Source: Desulfatiglandales bacterium
Lineage (GTDB): Bacteria > Desulfobacterota > DSM-4660 > Desulfatiglandales > B25-G16
Length of the DNA stretch: 64,000 bases
NCBI GenBank assembly: GCA_035529575.1
Contig: DATKWM010000009.1
Coordinates: 150 to 64,149, forward strand
Direction: 5' to 3'
Shown here: piece by piece, positions 39,540 to 49,282 of the stretch
How the letters are laid out: each line of letters starts with the position of its first letter
Position numbering within the stretch: the stretch's first letter is position 1
The notes under the pieces: model-generated
Seen by the model: the letters and a program-made list of their open reading frames with translations, nothing else
What the model was told of the DNA's origin: nothing
The model's database searches: none
Position numbers and translations under genes: made by a program

Positions 39540-40190
39540 CTATCCTCCTTCTTCTGCCTTTACCTCAAATCGGCGGCTAATCATTGACCCGATATAGCAG
39601 GTGATAAGGAATACAATGGCTACAAAACCAAAGAGCTGGATGGATCGGACTTCTAAGGTATCGACGATTGTTGCTCTCCGGATGAGCTCAGGGAGCCCGA
39701 TCACAAAGGCCAAGCAGGTATCCTGATAGGTGACAATGCTCTGGGTGATCATGCTGGGAAGCATCCTTCGGAGGGCAATGGGGATGAGTATATAACGTGT
39801 GGTCTGAATATAGGTCAGGCCTGTAGAATATCCAGCCTCAATTTGCCCTTTGCTTACAGACTGATAGCCTGCACGGATGATCTCGCCGAAGTATGTTGCC
39901 TCAAAGATAATAAATGATATAACCGCAGATGGGAAAGGATCTAAAGGACTTCCAATAATAATAGGCATTACGAAATAAAACCAGAAGATCACTAGTATAA
40001 GGGGGATATTCCGAATCACATTCACGTAAAAGGTAACCGGGTAATACACCCATTTATTACTGGAGATCCGCCCAAGCCCCACCAATATACCCAAAGGGAT
40101 TCCTCCGGCCAGGGCAAAGAAGGCCAATTTGATAGTCACCCAATATCCACCCATGAGATATGAGATATTATTAATTACTGCATCAAACAT
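39540..40190 (-). CDS. polar amino-acid ABC transporter permease
   Basis: 216 aa, HisM/GlnP-type membrane protein. Tightly coupled to its neighbours. Confidence 0.85.
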   Translation of the reverse strand: MFDAVINNISYLMGGYWVTIKLAFFALAGGIPLGILVGLGRISSNKWVYYPVTFYVNVIRNIPLILVIFWFYFVMPIIIGSPLDPFPSAVISFIIFEATYFGEIIRAGYQSVSKGQIEAGYSTGLTYIQTTRYILIPIALRRMLPSMITQSIVTYQDTCLAFVIGLPELIRRATIVDTLEVRSIQLFGFVAIVFLITCYIGSMISRRFEVKAEEGG

Positions 40191-40192
40191 CC

Positions 40193-40912
40193 TTACCTCC
40201 CGATCATACCAGGTATTTTGAGCCGTGACTCCAGAATACCCATCAACCCGACAACCGCTAAACCCAAGGCCAGGTAAATCAAACAGGCGCCGGTGGTCGA
40301 TTCCAATCCATGGAAGGTCTCGGAATCGATCTTGTAGCTCATAAATGTCGTCTCCAACACACCAATTGTCATAGCAATGGAGGAGTTCTTAAAGATGGTC
40401 AGGAACTCCGTGGTTAATGGAGGGATAATGATCCGTAAGGCATAGGGAATAATCACATAGCGGTACATCTGTGGATGCGTTAGACCGGTAGACAGGCTGG
40501 CTTGATAGTGATCCCGAGAGATGGATGAAAAGCCAGCACGGGTATGCTCGGCCACCCGGGATGCCGTGTACATTCCGAGGGCGATGATGGCAACATAGTA
40601 GTTGAGGCCTATGATGGCATTAATACTTTTTTGAAGGGATGCCCCAAAGACCATGGGCCCGGCGTAATACCAGAAGAAGAGCTGGACCATGAAGGGGATA
40701 TTTCGGAATAGCTCTACATAAGCGCCCCCCAGGAATCTGAGCCATCTCCAGGGGGAGATTCGCATCGTGCCAATGAGAACCCCTAAAGAAAGGGCGATAA
40801 TCCAACCAATGAGTCCCATTTTAATGGTGACCCAGATCCCCTGGACCAGATACATCCCGTATGGGTTTCTCCACAGGACACTCCAGTCAAATTCATATGC
40901 TAAACCCATCAC
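40193..40912 (-). CDS. polar amino-acid ABC transporter permease
   Basis: 239 aa, HisQ/GltJ-type membrane protein. Confidence 0.85.
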   Translation of the reverse strand: MMGLAYEFDWSVLWRNPYGMYLVQGIWVTIKMGLIGWIIALSLGVLIGTMRISPWRWLRFLGGAYVELFRNIPFMVQLFFWYYAGPMVFGASLQKSINAIIGLNYYVAIIALGMYTASRVAEHTRAGFSSISRDHYQASLSTGLTHPQMYRYVIIPYALRIIIPPLTTEFLTIFKNSSIAMTIGVLETTFMSYKIDSETFHGLESTTGACLIYLALGLAVVGLMGILESRLKIPGMIGR

Positions 40913-40959
40913 AATACCCCGAAGAAATATGGAAGAGGGGCGTTAACGCCCCTCTATTC

Positions 40960-41859
40960 TTAATGTTTCTTCCACCAATCCTCCGCTTGTGGATAGCAGA
41001 TCAATTGCAGGTAATCCTCATAGGCCTTGGACATCGGAATCGGAACAACCCCTTTAGGGCCCATCCACTTATCGTACATTTCAAAGAACTTGCCCGTTTT
41101 TATCGACCATACAATGGTATTGTTGATGAAGTCCCTGATATCGGAATTGCCTTCCCTGCACATATAGCCGTAAGGTTCGTAGGCGATAGCGAAATCAGCA
41201 GTTTTCCAGTTTTCAGGGTGCGGGGCCTTCATCCTCAAACCTTCCAGTAAACTCCGATCCGTTGAGTATGCATCGACTTTTCCGCTTTTCAAGGCAAGAA
41301 ATCCTTGAGGATGGGTTTCCACGACTACGATATCCTTGGGTTTATATTTCCCTGCTGCAACCTGATCTTCTATAGCCTTCAAGTTAGTAGTTCCCCGGGC
41401 CGCCCCCAGCCTTTTTCCGTTGAGGTCGTCAATCGTCTTGATATCGCTATCTTTGGGAATGAGAAAGGTCGTCTCCGAGACAAAGAAGATGTAGCTGAAA
41501 TCAACTACTTCTTCACGCTTTTGAGTATAGGTTGTAGAACCCATCTCCACATCAACCGTCGCATTGGCCACCATGGGGATACGGGTTTTAGGAGTAACGG
41601 TAAAAGGTACTATCTCTATCTTTTTGCCGAAGTGTTCGGAGAGCTTGTCAACAAGAAGGTACGTCATATCCACGGAAAACCCAACGTGTTTTCCAACCTT
41701 AGGATCGATGAAGGCGAAGGGTATTGAACCCTCCCTCAGCCCCACACGAATCTTTCCCGTTTTGTTAATGCGGTCCATGGTTTCATCTGCCAGCGCTACA
41801 CTGCCAAAGAGTGTCATGGCAAAGATGAAGCAAAAGGCAAAGATAAAAGATTTTTTCAT
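40960..41859 (-). CDS. polar amino-acid (Glu/Asp-type) ABC substrate-binding protein
   Basis: Signal peptide. SBP_bac_3-like sequence GKIRVGLREGSIPFAF... Confidence 0.85.
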   Translation of the reverse strand: MKKSFIFAFCFIFAMTLFGSVALADETMDRINKTGKIRVGLREGSIPFAFIDPKVGKHVGFSVDMTYLLVDKLSEHFGKKIEIVPFTVTPKTRIPMVANATVDVEMGSTTYTQKREEVVDFSYIFFVSETTFLIPKDSDIKTIDDLNGKRLGAARGTTNLKAIEDQVAAGKYKPKDIVVVETHPQGFLALKSGKVDAYSTDRSLLEGLRMKAPHPENWKTADFAIAYEPYGYMCREGNSDIRDFINNTIVWSIKTGKFFEMYDKWMGPKGVVPIPMSKAYEDYLQLICYPQAEDWWKKH

Positions 41860-42147
41860 AAGACTACCCCCCTTTTATTATTTTATAATAATAACCATAG
41901 CCCAGTTTTTATTTTGAATTTTATCACCCCCCCTTGTCTAAATTTTTGGGTTCACTATAGGACTAAGGAAAGGCTATGTCAACTCCATTTCATAAAGCAA
42001 CAGACGTGATAACATAAGAATCTTATTAAATTTTTTTGGTTTCCTGAAAAATCAACAAGACATTACATAAGATGGTTGAAAGAGGCTGTAGTTTGATATA
42101 TCCTCGTGATTGACCATGGAAAGAATAAGAGAGAAGGAGCTAAAGTC

Positions 42148-42876
42148 ATGAAAGAAGGAATTATCGGTATATTAGGCGGAATGGGCCCAGAGGCGACCTC
42201 ATGCCTTTTCCAAAAGATCATCAAGAACACGAAAGCGATGAGAGATCAGGATCACCTCAGGATACTTATTGATAATAATCCAAAAATCCCTGACCGCACT
42301 CCTGCTATAGTGGATCGAGGAGAAAATCCTGTTCCGATGATGATTGAGGTTGCAAAAAACCTCAAAAAAGCGGGTGCTGACTTTATTGTAATCCCTTGCG
42401 TTTCAGCACATTATTTCATCAATCAATTAAGAGAAGGAATTACCATTCCAATTATCTCCATTCTTGATGAAGTAGCAAGAGAACTAGAAAAGTACCTTCC
42501 AGATATAAAACGAGTAGGCCTCATCGCAACTACAGGGACCATCAAGGCTGGCCTTTTTCAAGATAGATTAAGGGAAATAGGGGTCGAAGTTTTGGTCCCC
42601 TTCCCCAAAGAACAGGAGAATCTCGTCATGTCTGCAATTTATGGAGAATCAGGAATCAAGGCAGGACTTATTTCCTTGAAAAATAAAGAAAAAATTTTGC
42701 AAACCTCAAAGGCATTGATTGAAAAAGGTGCCCAGGGGATCATAGGGGGCTGTACTGAGGTGCCTCTGGTCGTAAACCAAACTGATATCGAGGTCCCCTT
42801 TTTTGATTCCCTCAATATCCTTGCCCTTTCTGCAATCCGTATAGCGAAAAGTAATACCCGCGAATACAGACGATAA
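42148..42876 (+). CDS. aspartate racemase
   Basis: GAAGGAG RBS before ATG 42148. GILGGMGPEAT and GCTEVPL two-Cys racemase motifs. Confidence 0.85.
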   Translation: MKEGIIGILGGMGPEATSCLFQKIIKNTKAMRDQDHLRILIDNNPKIPDRTPAIVDRGENPVPMMIEVAKNLKKAGADFIVIPCVSAHYFINQLREGITIPIISILDEVARELEKYLPDIKRVGLIATTGTIKAGLFQDRLREIGVEVLVPFPKEQENLVMSAIYGESGIKAGLISLKNKEKILQTSKALIEKGAQGIIGGCTEVPLVVNQTDIEVPFFDSLNILALSAIRIAKSNTREYRR

Positions 42877-43097
42877 AATCCGGATTTTTATGTTCTTCCA
42901 CCTCTCTTCTGATCCAGCGCTAAAATGTCCTTTTTCATAATGGGGATATTTTTTATTAGGCTAACGCTGTATTTATGGAAAGGACGGATTGATACTGAAA
43001 GAACCGATTTATGTAAACATGAAAAATTAAGGGTCTTCGTTTGACTCTTATTCCTTTTTTGGCAAGTGTCAAACGGAGACACGACCACTTTATATTA

Positions 43098-43322
43098 AAA
43101 AGATTATATCATAGGTTTGATGATCCGGATTATAATTACATGATTCATTCGGCACCATATCAAGAGGATCCTGCGGACTATTATCATTGGCATCTCCAAA
43201 TACTTCCAAAACTCTATAAAGTGGCGGGATTTGAATTGGGCTCCGGTATATATCTAAACAGTGCGAGCCCTGAAGAAAATGCGAAATACTTGAAGGAAGT
43301 AACAACGGATGTTTCAGAATAA
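43098..43322 (+). pseudogene. orphan 3' fragment of a galT-family gene (last ~70 codons only)
   Basis: Encodes DDPDYNYMIHSAPYQEDPADYYHWHLQILPKLYKVAGFELGSGIYLNSASPEENAKYLKE, near-identical to the GalT C-terminus. No N-terminal catalytic part is present upstream. Confidence 0.75.
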
Positions 43323-43656
43323 TATGATGAAAATGTACTGACTGCTCATTAATTCATTAACGCTAAGCGAGGTGTAAATTTTTAAGGGCTTTTTTGGGCT
43401 TTTTTGCTTGACACACTAGTGCCGTTCTCTTAAGCTACAAAAACCAAAAAAATATTTCTATTACTTATTTCAATCCCTTTCTTAATCATATTCACGCTTA
43501 TGGCTATATCTTGCACTTTGATTGAGCAAAAAGATTTGCCTAACCACGAAATCCACCCTTCCCCAAAGCAAAAGAAGCTTAGAAAGTACAGCCAAATTGG
43601 TAAAACACTAAGCTTTGTATTTTTTTTAACCACATCCAAAAGATAAGGAGGTTATC

Positions 43657-44934
43657 ATGAAAAAAAAAGTTTTCTGTACCATTATTACCCTAATTGTCTC
43701 AACAGTATTAATAGGGGCTTTTGGGGTGAACAGTGTCCAGGCAGCAAAAAAAGGTAAACCCATAGTTGTCGGAGCACCTGTTCCACGAGCGAGTGCATAT
43801 GGGCAAAATGGCGAACGAGGCATGATCTTGGCCGCAGAGGAAATTAATGCTGCAGGCGGGGTTAATGTAAGCGGCGTAATGCGTCCCCTTAAACTCGAGA
43901 TTATTGATACCCGCGACGAGGAACCCGGTGTGCCTACCAGCGAAGTTCTCCTGGCAATAGAGAAATTGATTCTACAGAAAAAGTCTGATGTTATTGTTGG
44001 TGGCCCCTGCATGTCAGAGTGCGGGATGGCAGCTATGGATCTGTACGCTCGATATAAAATTGTAGATATTGTATCCATTGGCTGCTATACGCCCAGCTGG
44101 GATCAGAAGGTAGGCAGCAACCCCGAAAAGTATAAATATTCTTTCAGGGCAAGCGGCAGTGTTAAGGCATATATAAAAGAAGGGCTCGATTTGCTCAAGC
44201 AAATCAACAAGAACTTCGGATTCAATAAGATGTTCGTTTCAATAGACGACAGTCTAATGTGCCGTAAGGCAGCAGGAATTGTGGAAAAGCTTGCTGTAAA
44301 AACTGGCTGGGAAGTCGTAGGCAGCGATAAGCACCCTATTGGAACAACTGATTATTCCATGGCGTTGAGTGATTGTAAAAAATCAGGGGCACAAGTTTTA
44401 TTCATGTGGGCCTATTCACCGGAAACCTCTATTCTCTTAAAGCAGTGGGCTGATATGGAAGTGCCAGCGCTACCACTCGGTTTCATTGGTGCTGCCGAGG
44501 ACCCCGGTTTCTGGAATGTGACAAAAGGGAAAGGTGCTTATACAGTGGTTACCCTCTCGGAGACTGGTAATGTTCCCAGCAATTTAATGCCACAGACCAT
44601 GAAATTCTATAATGCCTTTGAGAAAAGATGGAAAGTGGCTCCCCGGAGCACCGGATGTGTAAGTGCGTATGAAGCACTGTATGTATTGAAGGATGCTGTT
44701 GAGAGAGCCGGAACTCTTAAAAATGATGCCCTGATAGCTTCACTTGAGCAGACGGATCTTCCAGCCGTACGAGGCACGATCAGATTTGATAAAAATCATC
44801 AGATCATCTATGGCTATGATCCAAAGACAAGTGTATTAGGCTGCTGGGTGCAATGGCAGGATGGAAAAAGGGTATCTATCTTTCCAGAGGCAGCTGCTAC
44901 TGGTACGGTAAAGATGCCCCCATGGCTGAAGTAA
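43657..44934 (+). CDS. branched-chain amino-acid (Liv-type) ABC substrate-binding protein
   Basis: AAGGAGG RBS, signal peptide, Peripla_BP_6-like sequence. Confidence 0.85.
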   Translation: MKKKVFCTIITLIVSTVLIGAFGVNSVQAAKKGKPIVVGAPVPRASAYGQNGERGMILAAEEINAAGGVNVSGVMRPLKLEIIDTRDEEPGVPTSEVLLAIEKLILQKKSDVIVGGPCMSECGMAAMDLYARYKIVDIVSIGCYTPSWDQKVGSNPEKYKYSFRASGSVKAYIKEGLDLLKQINKNFGFNKMFVSIDDSLMCRKAAGIVEKLAVKTGWEVVGSDKHPIGTTDYSMALSDCKKSGAQVLFMWAYSPETSILLKQWADMEVPALPLGFIGAAEDPGFWNVTKGKGAYTVVTLSETGNVPSNLMPQTMKFYNAFEKRWKVAPRSTGCVSAYEALYVLKDAVERAGTLKNDALIASLEQTDLPAVRGTIRFDKNHQIIYGYDPKTSVLGCWVQWQDGKRVSIFPEAAATGTVKMPPWLK

Positions 44935-45015
44935 TATTAATCAGTGATACCCATGTAAGCCCCTTGCTCTTGCGAGGGGCTTATTTCAATTTTAAATAGT
45001 TAAGTAGCAGAAAGT

Positions 45016-45900
45016 ATGGACATAGTAATATACGGTACTGTTAATAGCGTTATCTTTGCACTGATAGCTGTTGGTTTTACATTGGTCTATGGGGTGAGTA
45101 GAATACCAAATTTTGCCCATGGTTCCATATATGTGCTGGTCGGTTTCTTGACCTGGAGTTTCGTGAATGATCTCAAAATAAATTATGCACTTGCTATCCT
45201 TGTATCCCTAACTATAGCGGCAGTTCTTGGTTTTATTATATATCGCCTTATACTCATACGCTTAAGGGGCATGGCAACATCTGAGATTATTGCCTCATTC
45301 GCTGTGAGCTTAATTATATTAGAAGGCCTGCGGATGCAGGGTATTGCTGGGTTTAAAGGCTTTATAGGCCCCTTTTATGTTCTACAACCATTTATAGAAG
45401 GCAAACTGAACATATTCGGGGTGTTTGTGGACTATCAACGGCTTATAATTATAGGGGGAGGATTTACAGTAGTAACATTTTTGTGGTTCTTTACCCACCA
45501 TACTAAGATGGGCCTATCCTTAAGGGCTATAGCCCAAGATGAACGTGCCGCTATGATGCTTGGCGTAAACTCAGATAAAACAGCAATGATATCTCTCTCT
45601 ATTGGTTCTGCATTGGCTGGTCTGGCTGCCGTTATTATCCTTCCCCTTGGTAGTATTACTGTTGAGGCAGGATACAAGGTTTTGATATACGCCCTTGCAG
45701 TATGTATCATCGGCGGTCTTGGAAGTTGGGCAGGTGCAGTATTGGCATCCTTTGTAATTGGCTTTGCTATGAAAATCAGCACAGCCCTGTTCGGAGCAGT
45801 ATGGGAGTCAGTAGTACTGGTCGGAACCATTATCTTTATACTATTATTTAGGCCTTCAGGACTCTTGGGGAAACAGAAAGAGCTTGAGGAGAGGGTTTAA
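45016..45900 (+). CDS. livH: branched-chain amino-acid ABC permease
   Basis: 294 aa LivH-type membrane protein (NFAHGSIYVLVGF). Confidence 0.85.
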   Translation: MDIVIYGTVNSVIFALIAVGFTLVYGVSRIPNFAHGSIYVLVGFLTWSFVNDLKINYALAILVSLTIAAVLGFIIYRLILIRLRGMATSEIIASFAVSLIILEGLRMQGIAGFKGFIGPFYVLQPFIEGKLNIFGVFVDYQRLIIIGGGFTVVTFLWFFTHHTKMGLSLRAIAQDERAAMMLGVNSDKTAMISLSIGSALAGLAAVIILPLGSITVEAGYKVLIYALAVCIIGGLGSWAGAVLASFVIGFAMKISTALFGAVWESVVLVGTIIFILLFRPSGLLGKQKELEERV

Positions 45901-45902
45901 GA

Positions 45903-46913
45903 TTGGTTGGCGAGGAGAAGCGCAAAAAAAGGTTAGATAGAAGTATAAAAGTACGAACAGAGGGGCTCTATGCCCTATCGTCATGGGGTGAGATGGCATA
46001 TCTGATCATGCCACGACTTGTCTTAATCCTTGGATTACTTTTTCTTCCCCTGATTTTAGATATGTACTGGCAAAGGGTCCTCTGCTCAGCTGGCATCTAT
46101 GCATTGTTGGCGCTAGGTTTTGATTTTCTGGCCGAATATGTTGGTCTGGTCTGTTTAGGAGGGGCCTTTTTTATCGGAGCCGGTGGATACATCTCCGGGC
46201 TCTTGAATGCATATCTTGGCTGGTCACCGCTGCTGTCTATCCCAATCGCTACAATTGCCGGAGCTGTGATTAGCACACTGATTCTGCTGCCCTGCCTCCG
46301 ACTCAGGGGCATCTATTTCGCTATTGTGAGTTTTATGTTTCCCTTATTTTCGGTCTATATTATCATCGCGCTTAATGTTTTCGGAAGTACAGAGGGTATC
46401 AGTGCCCTGGCCAACCTGCCTAATATCTGGGTTGAACAGTACCTTATCCTTGGGGCTATTATCTTGTCACTATTTGCATTGAGAAGATTAGTCCATGAAG
46501 ATATTGGTGTCATTTTTCAGAGCATAAAGGACAATGACCAGGCCGTTAAGGCCTCTGGTATTAATATAACAGTTTACAAGGCTAAGGCAGTTTTCATTGC
46601 ATCATTAATCGGTTGTTTTGGCGGGGCTTACCTGAGCCACCTTTACGGGTGGTTAGGTTTATCGCTTTTTGCCATGGATTTTTCCATACTTCCCATTGCC
46701 GCCTCTGTCATGGGAGGAATGGGATCTTTAGTAGGGCCAGTATTAGGTGCATTCATACTAACCCCCCTTTCAGAGGCACTGCGTGGTTTTGGGCAACTCA
46801 GGGTAGTCCTCTATTGCCTTATATTAATAGGTTTTATGGTATATAAACCTGAAGGATTAATGAATTACCTTGAGCGCAAGTATCATCAATTCGAGCATTG
46901 GGAAAAAGTGTAA
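45903..46913 (+). CDS. livM: branched-chain amino-acid ABC permease
   Basis: 336 aa LivM-type membrane protein. Start is uncertain (TTG 45903). Confidence 0.8.
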   Translation: MVGEEKRKKRLDRSIKVRTEGLYALSSWGEMAYLIMPRLVLILGLLFLPLILDMYWQRVLCSAGIYALLALGFDFLAEYVGLVCLGGAFFIGAGGYISGLLNAYLGWSPLLSIPIATIAGAVISTLILLPCLRLRGIYFAIVSFMFPLFSVYIIIALNVFGSTEGISALANLPNIWVEQYLILGAIILSLFALRRLVHEDIGVIFQSIKDNDQAVKASGINITVYKAKAVFIASLIGCFGGAYLSHLYGWLGLSLFAMDFSILPIAASVMGGMGSLVGPVLGAFILTPLSEALRGFGQLRVVLYCLILIGFMVYKPEGLMNYLERKYHQFEHWEKV

Positions 46914-46915
46914 CC

Positions 46916-47671
46916 ATGCATGATGAATCTATTCTTCGCGTAGAAAATATTCGTAAGGCATTTGGTGGGGTTCAAGCTGTAAAGGATGTGAGCTTTTCTT
47001 TATTGAAAGGAGAAATTCTCGGAGTCATCGGACCAAACGGCTCGGGTAAAACAACACTTGTTAACCTTATCACCGGCTTTGTGCGAGCCGATTCCGGAAA
47101 TGTTTTTTTTAAAAAAAGGAATATCATAGGTATACCACCCCATAAAATCGTTAATTTTGGACTTACGAGGACGTTTCAGATAATGAGACCCTATCACAGT
47201 TTGTCTGCATTTAAAAACCTCATTGTTCCTTTGAATTCACCCCGTGTACGACGAACCAGAAGTGGGAAGCTCGGCGATATAGATGCAGTTGCCATAGATA
47301 TGTTAGAGGAAGTCGGTTTTGAACGTGATGCTCGTGTTCCGTATAAAGCAGCCGGCACCCTCCCCCTTGGGTACCTGAAACGTCTTGAGCTCGCCAGATG
47401 CATTGCCCTCAGGCCTGACGTCATTATATGCGACGAAATTTTCTCGGGGCTTAGTATGTCTGAAATAACATCCCTGATCCCCTTCTTGGAAAAATTACAG
47501 ATGGAAGGGACCACGATGATGATGATTGAGCATCGACTGAGAGAACTCTTTAAGCTGGCAAACAGACTGATTGTAATGAATTTTGGTGAAAAAATTGCTG
47601 AAGGAATCCCTGTGGAGGTTATTGAGAATCAAGAGGTCAAAGAGGCTTACCTCGGAACGGCGACATCATGA
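46916..47671 (+). CDS. livG: branched-chain amino-acid ABC ATP-binding protein
   Basis: Walker [11 protein letters not shown]-terminal EAYLG. The ORF extends to TTG 46898. Confidence 0.85.
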   Translation: MHDESILRVENIRKAFGGVQAVKDVSFSLLKGEILGVIGPNGSGKTTLVNLITGFVRADSGNVFFKKRNIIGIPPHKIVNFGLTRTFQIMRPYHSLSAFKNLIVPLNSPRVRRTRSGKLGDIDAVAIDMLEEVGFERDARVPYKAAGTLPLGYLKRLELARCIALRPDVIICDEIFSGLSMSEITSLIPFLEKLQMEGTTMMMIEHRLRELFKLANRLIVMNFGEKIAEGIPVEVIENQEVKEAYLGTATS

Positions 47672-48423
47672 TGCCAATATTAGAAATCAAAAATCTCATG
47701 GTATTTTATGAAAATGCCATAGCCATAAATAATGTTCATATAACATGTGAAAAGAAAGAAATTACAGGAGTCTTTGGGGCCAATAGTGCTGGTAAATCTA
47801 CACTCATGTATACCATTTCCGGAATAATTTTAGATGTAAAGAAAAAAGAAAAAATGAGAGGTGGTGAGAGAATAACAGTGCTTGGAAGCATATACTATGA
47901 TGGGGTGGATATCGTCAATACGGAGACCAGCGAAAGGGCAAAGCAGGGGATTATCCTTTGTCCAGAGAGACGTAGAATTTTTCAGGAAAGTAATGTATTG
48001 GAGAATTTGAAAATAGGCGGCATTTTAGCAACAAGGGCAGAAGCCAAGAAAACACTTGACTATGTCTTTACAATTTTTCCACCTTTAAAAGAACTAAAAA
48101 AAAGAGAGGGAGGTTTTCTGAGCGGTGGTGAACAGCAGATGCTTGCTATTGGGAGGGCCTTGATGGCTCAGCCTAAGTTGCTGTTGCTGGATGAACCGCT
48201 CCTTGGACTTAGCCCAAAAATAGAGGAAATGCTTGCCAGAGTAGTGAAAGATATCAATCTGGAAATGGGGATTACCATATTGATTTCAGAGCAGTATGCC
48301 AGACCAATCTTGCCTATTATACACCACGGTTATGTGCTCGAAAACGGTGGCTCAGTTTTAGAAGGTACCTCCCAGGAGCTTATGGATAACCCGGATGTAA
48401 AATCCGCTTATTTTGGGCTTTAG
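47668..48423 (+). CDS. livF: branched-chain amino-acid ABC ATP-binding protein
   Basis: Walker A GANSAGKST, signature LSGGEQQMLAIGR, C-terminal KSAYFG. Confidence 0.85.
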   Translation: MMPILEIKNLMVFYENAIAINNVHITCEKKEITGVFGANSAGKSTLMYTISGIILDVKKKEKMRGGERITVLGSIYYDGVDIVNTETSERAKQGIILCPERRRIFQESNVLENLKIGGILATRAEAKKTLDYVFTIFPPLKELKKREGGFLSGGEQQMLAIGRALMAQPKLLLLDEPLLGLSPKIEEMLARVVKDINLEMGITILISEQYARPILPIIHHGYVLENGGSVLEGTSQELMDNPDVKSAYFGL

Positions 48424-48780
48424 GTGCTATTAGTTGTCCGCTGGCCACATCGTTCACATTTCTGCAATAAACTTCTATCGCGTGATAATTCTTACATATA
48501 AAACGATTGTAAGCTGTATTGCAAAGTCTTATAGATTCGATCCGGGTAATGACTCACAGCAACAGTCCCAGGCTCTGCATAGCCCTCCGACACAATCTCT
48601 TTAAAAAAGCCCTTTCAATGATTTCCGCCCACATTGACGTACTCCAGTTAGTAGCCGTATGATCACAAAGAAACTATTGAATGAATCGAGAGCAAATCTG
48701 AGACCTTGTCACGGAAATAATGCTTTCCGCCTGACAATTGTATGTATACAAAAAGATTTAGTTATCTTACAATAATGATG

Positions 48781-49162
48781 TTCTTGCAAAAAGTCCTTTT
48801 ACTTGCTCATGATGCCCATTTTGGGATTCATGAAATGCTTCGCTCAATTCCAAAAACTTGGCCTAAGGCTCTGAGAAGGAGCATATGTATGTCTTTTTTT
48901 GTAATGCCCTATACATTCACAGTAATGGGTCGTTTCAAAATGGTGCAAAGCAATATGCCCTTGTCTTCTATTGCTCCGTACATCTGCACCTTTTTGAAAC
49001 GCCCCTGAACGGGCCTCTGTTTTGGGCATTTGACAAAAAAAGACATACATATGCTCCTCAAACAGTTCGGCGATTTTAATCCGCCTGAGGCGGATTAACG
49101 CTCAGCATTTTATGAATCTTTTTCCAAAAGTGGCCAAAATCGCTCGCAAAAGACTTTTTACA
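48781..49162 (-). mobile_element. about 382-bp quasi-palindromic repeat element, copy B (inverted relative to copy A, carries a 19-nt hairpin insertion)
   Basis: Its reverse complement aligns end-to-end with 22127-22492. The internal 25-bp inverted repeat is conserved with a paired G:C to A:T change. Confidence 0.7.
49076..49098. repeat. small GC hairpin TTAA-TCCGCC-tga-GGCGGA-TTAA, an indel relative to copy A
   Basis: Copy A reads gcgTTAAaatcgcc at the homologous site (22187-22200). Copy B has TCCGCCTCAGGCGGA plus a second TTAA inserted. Confidence 0.55.
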
Positions 49163-49282
49163 AGCTTTTCAATAATAAAACACAAAGATAAAAAAATGTC
49201 ATAAGATCGGTGTAAACGAAAAAAGTGAGGTGAATCTTTCCCGTGGATTAATGGAGGGTAAAAGCAAAAGAGGAGGTGTACA

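Noticed and set aside
43386-43407. Tandem GGGCTTTTTT x2 next to a TTGACA-N17-TAAGCT promoter-like string downstream of the galT fragment.
   Set aside because: There are only two units, and the promoter-like string is about 250 bp from the liv substrate-binding gene. This is too weak to call as a regulatory feature.
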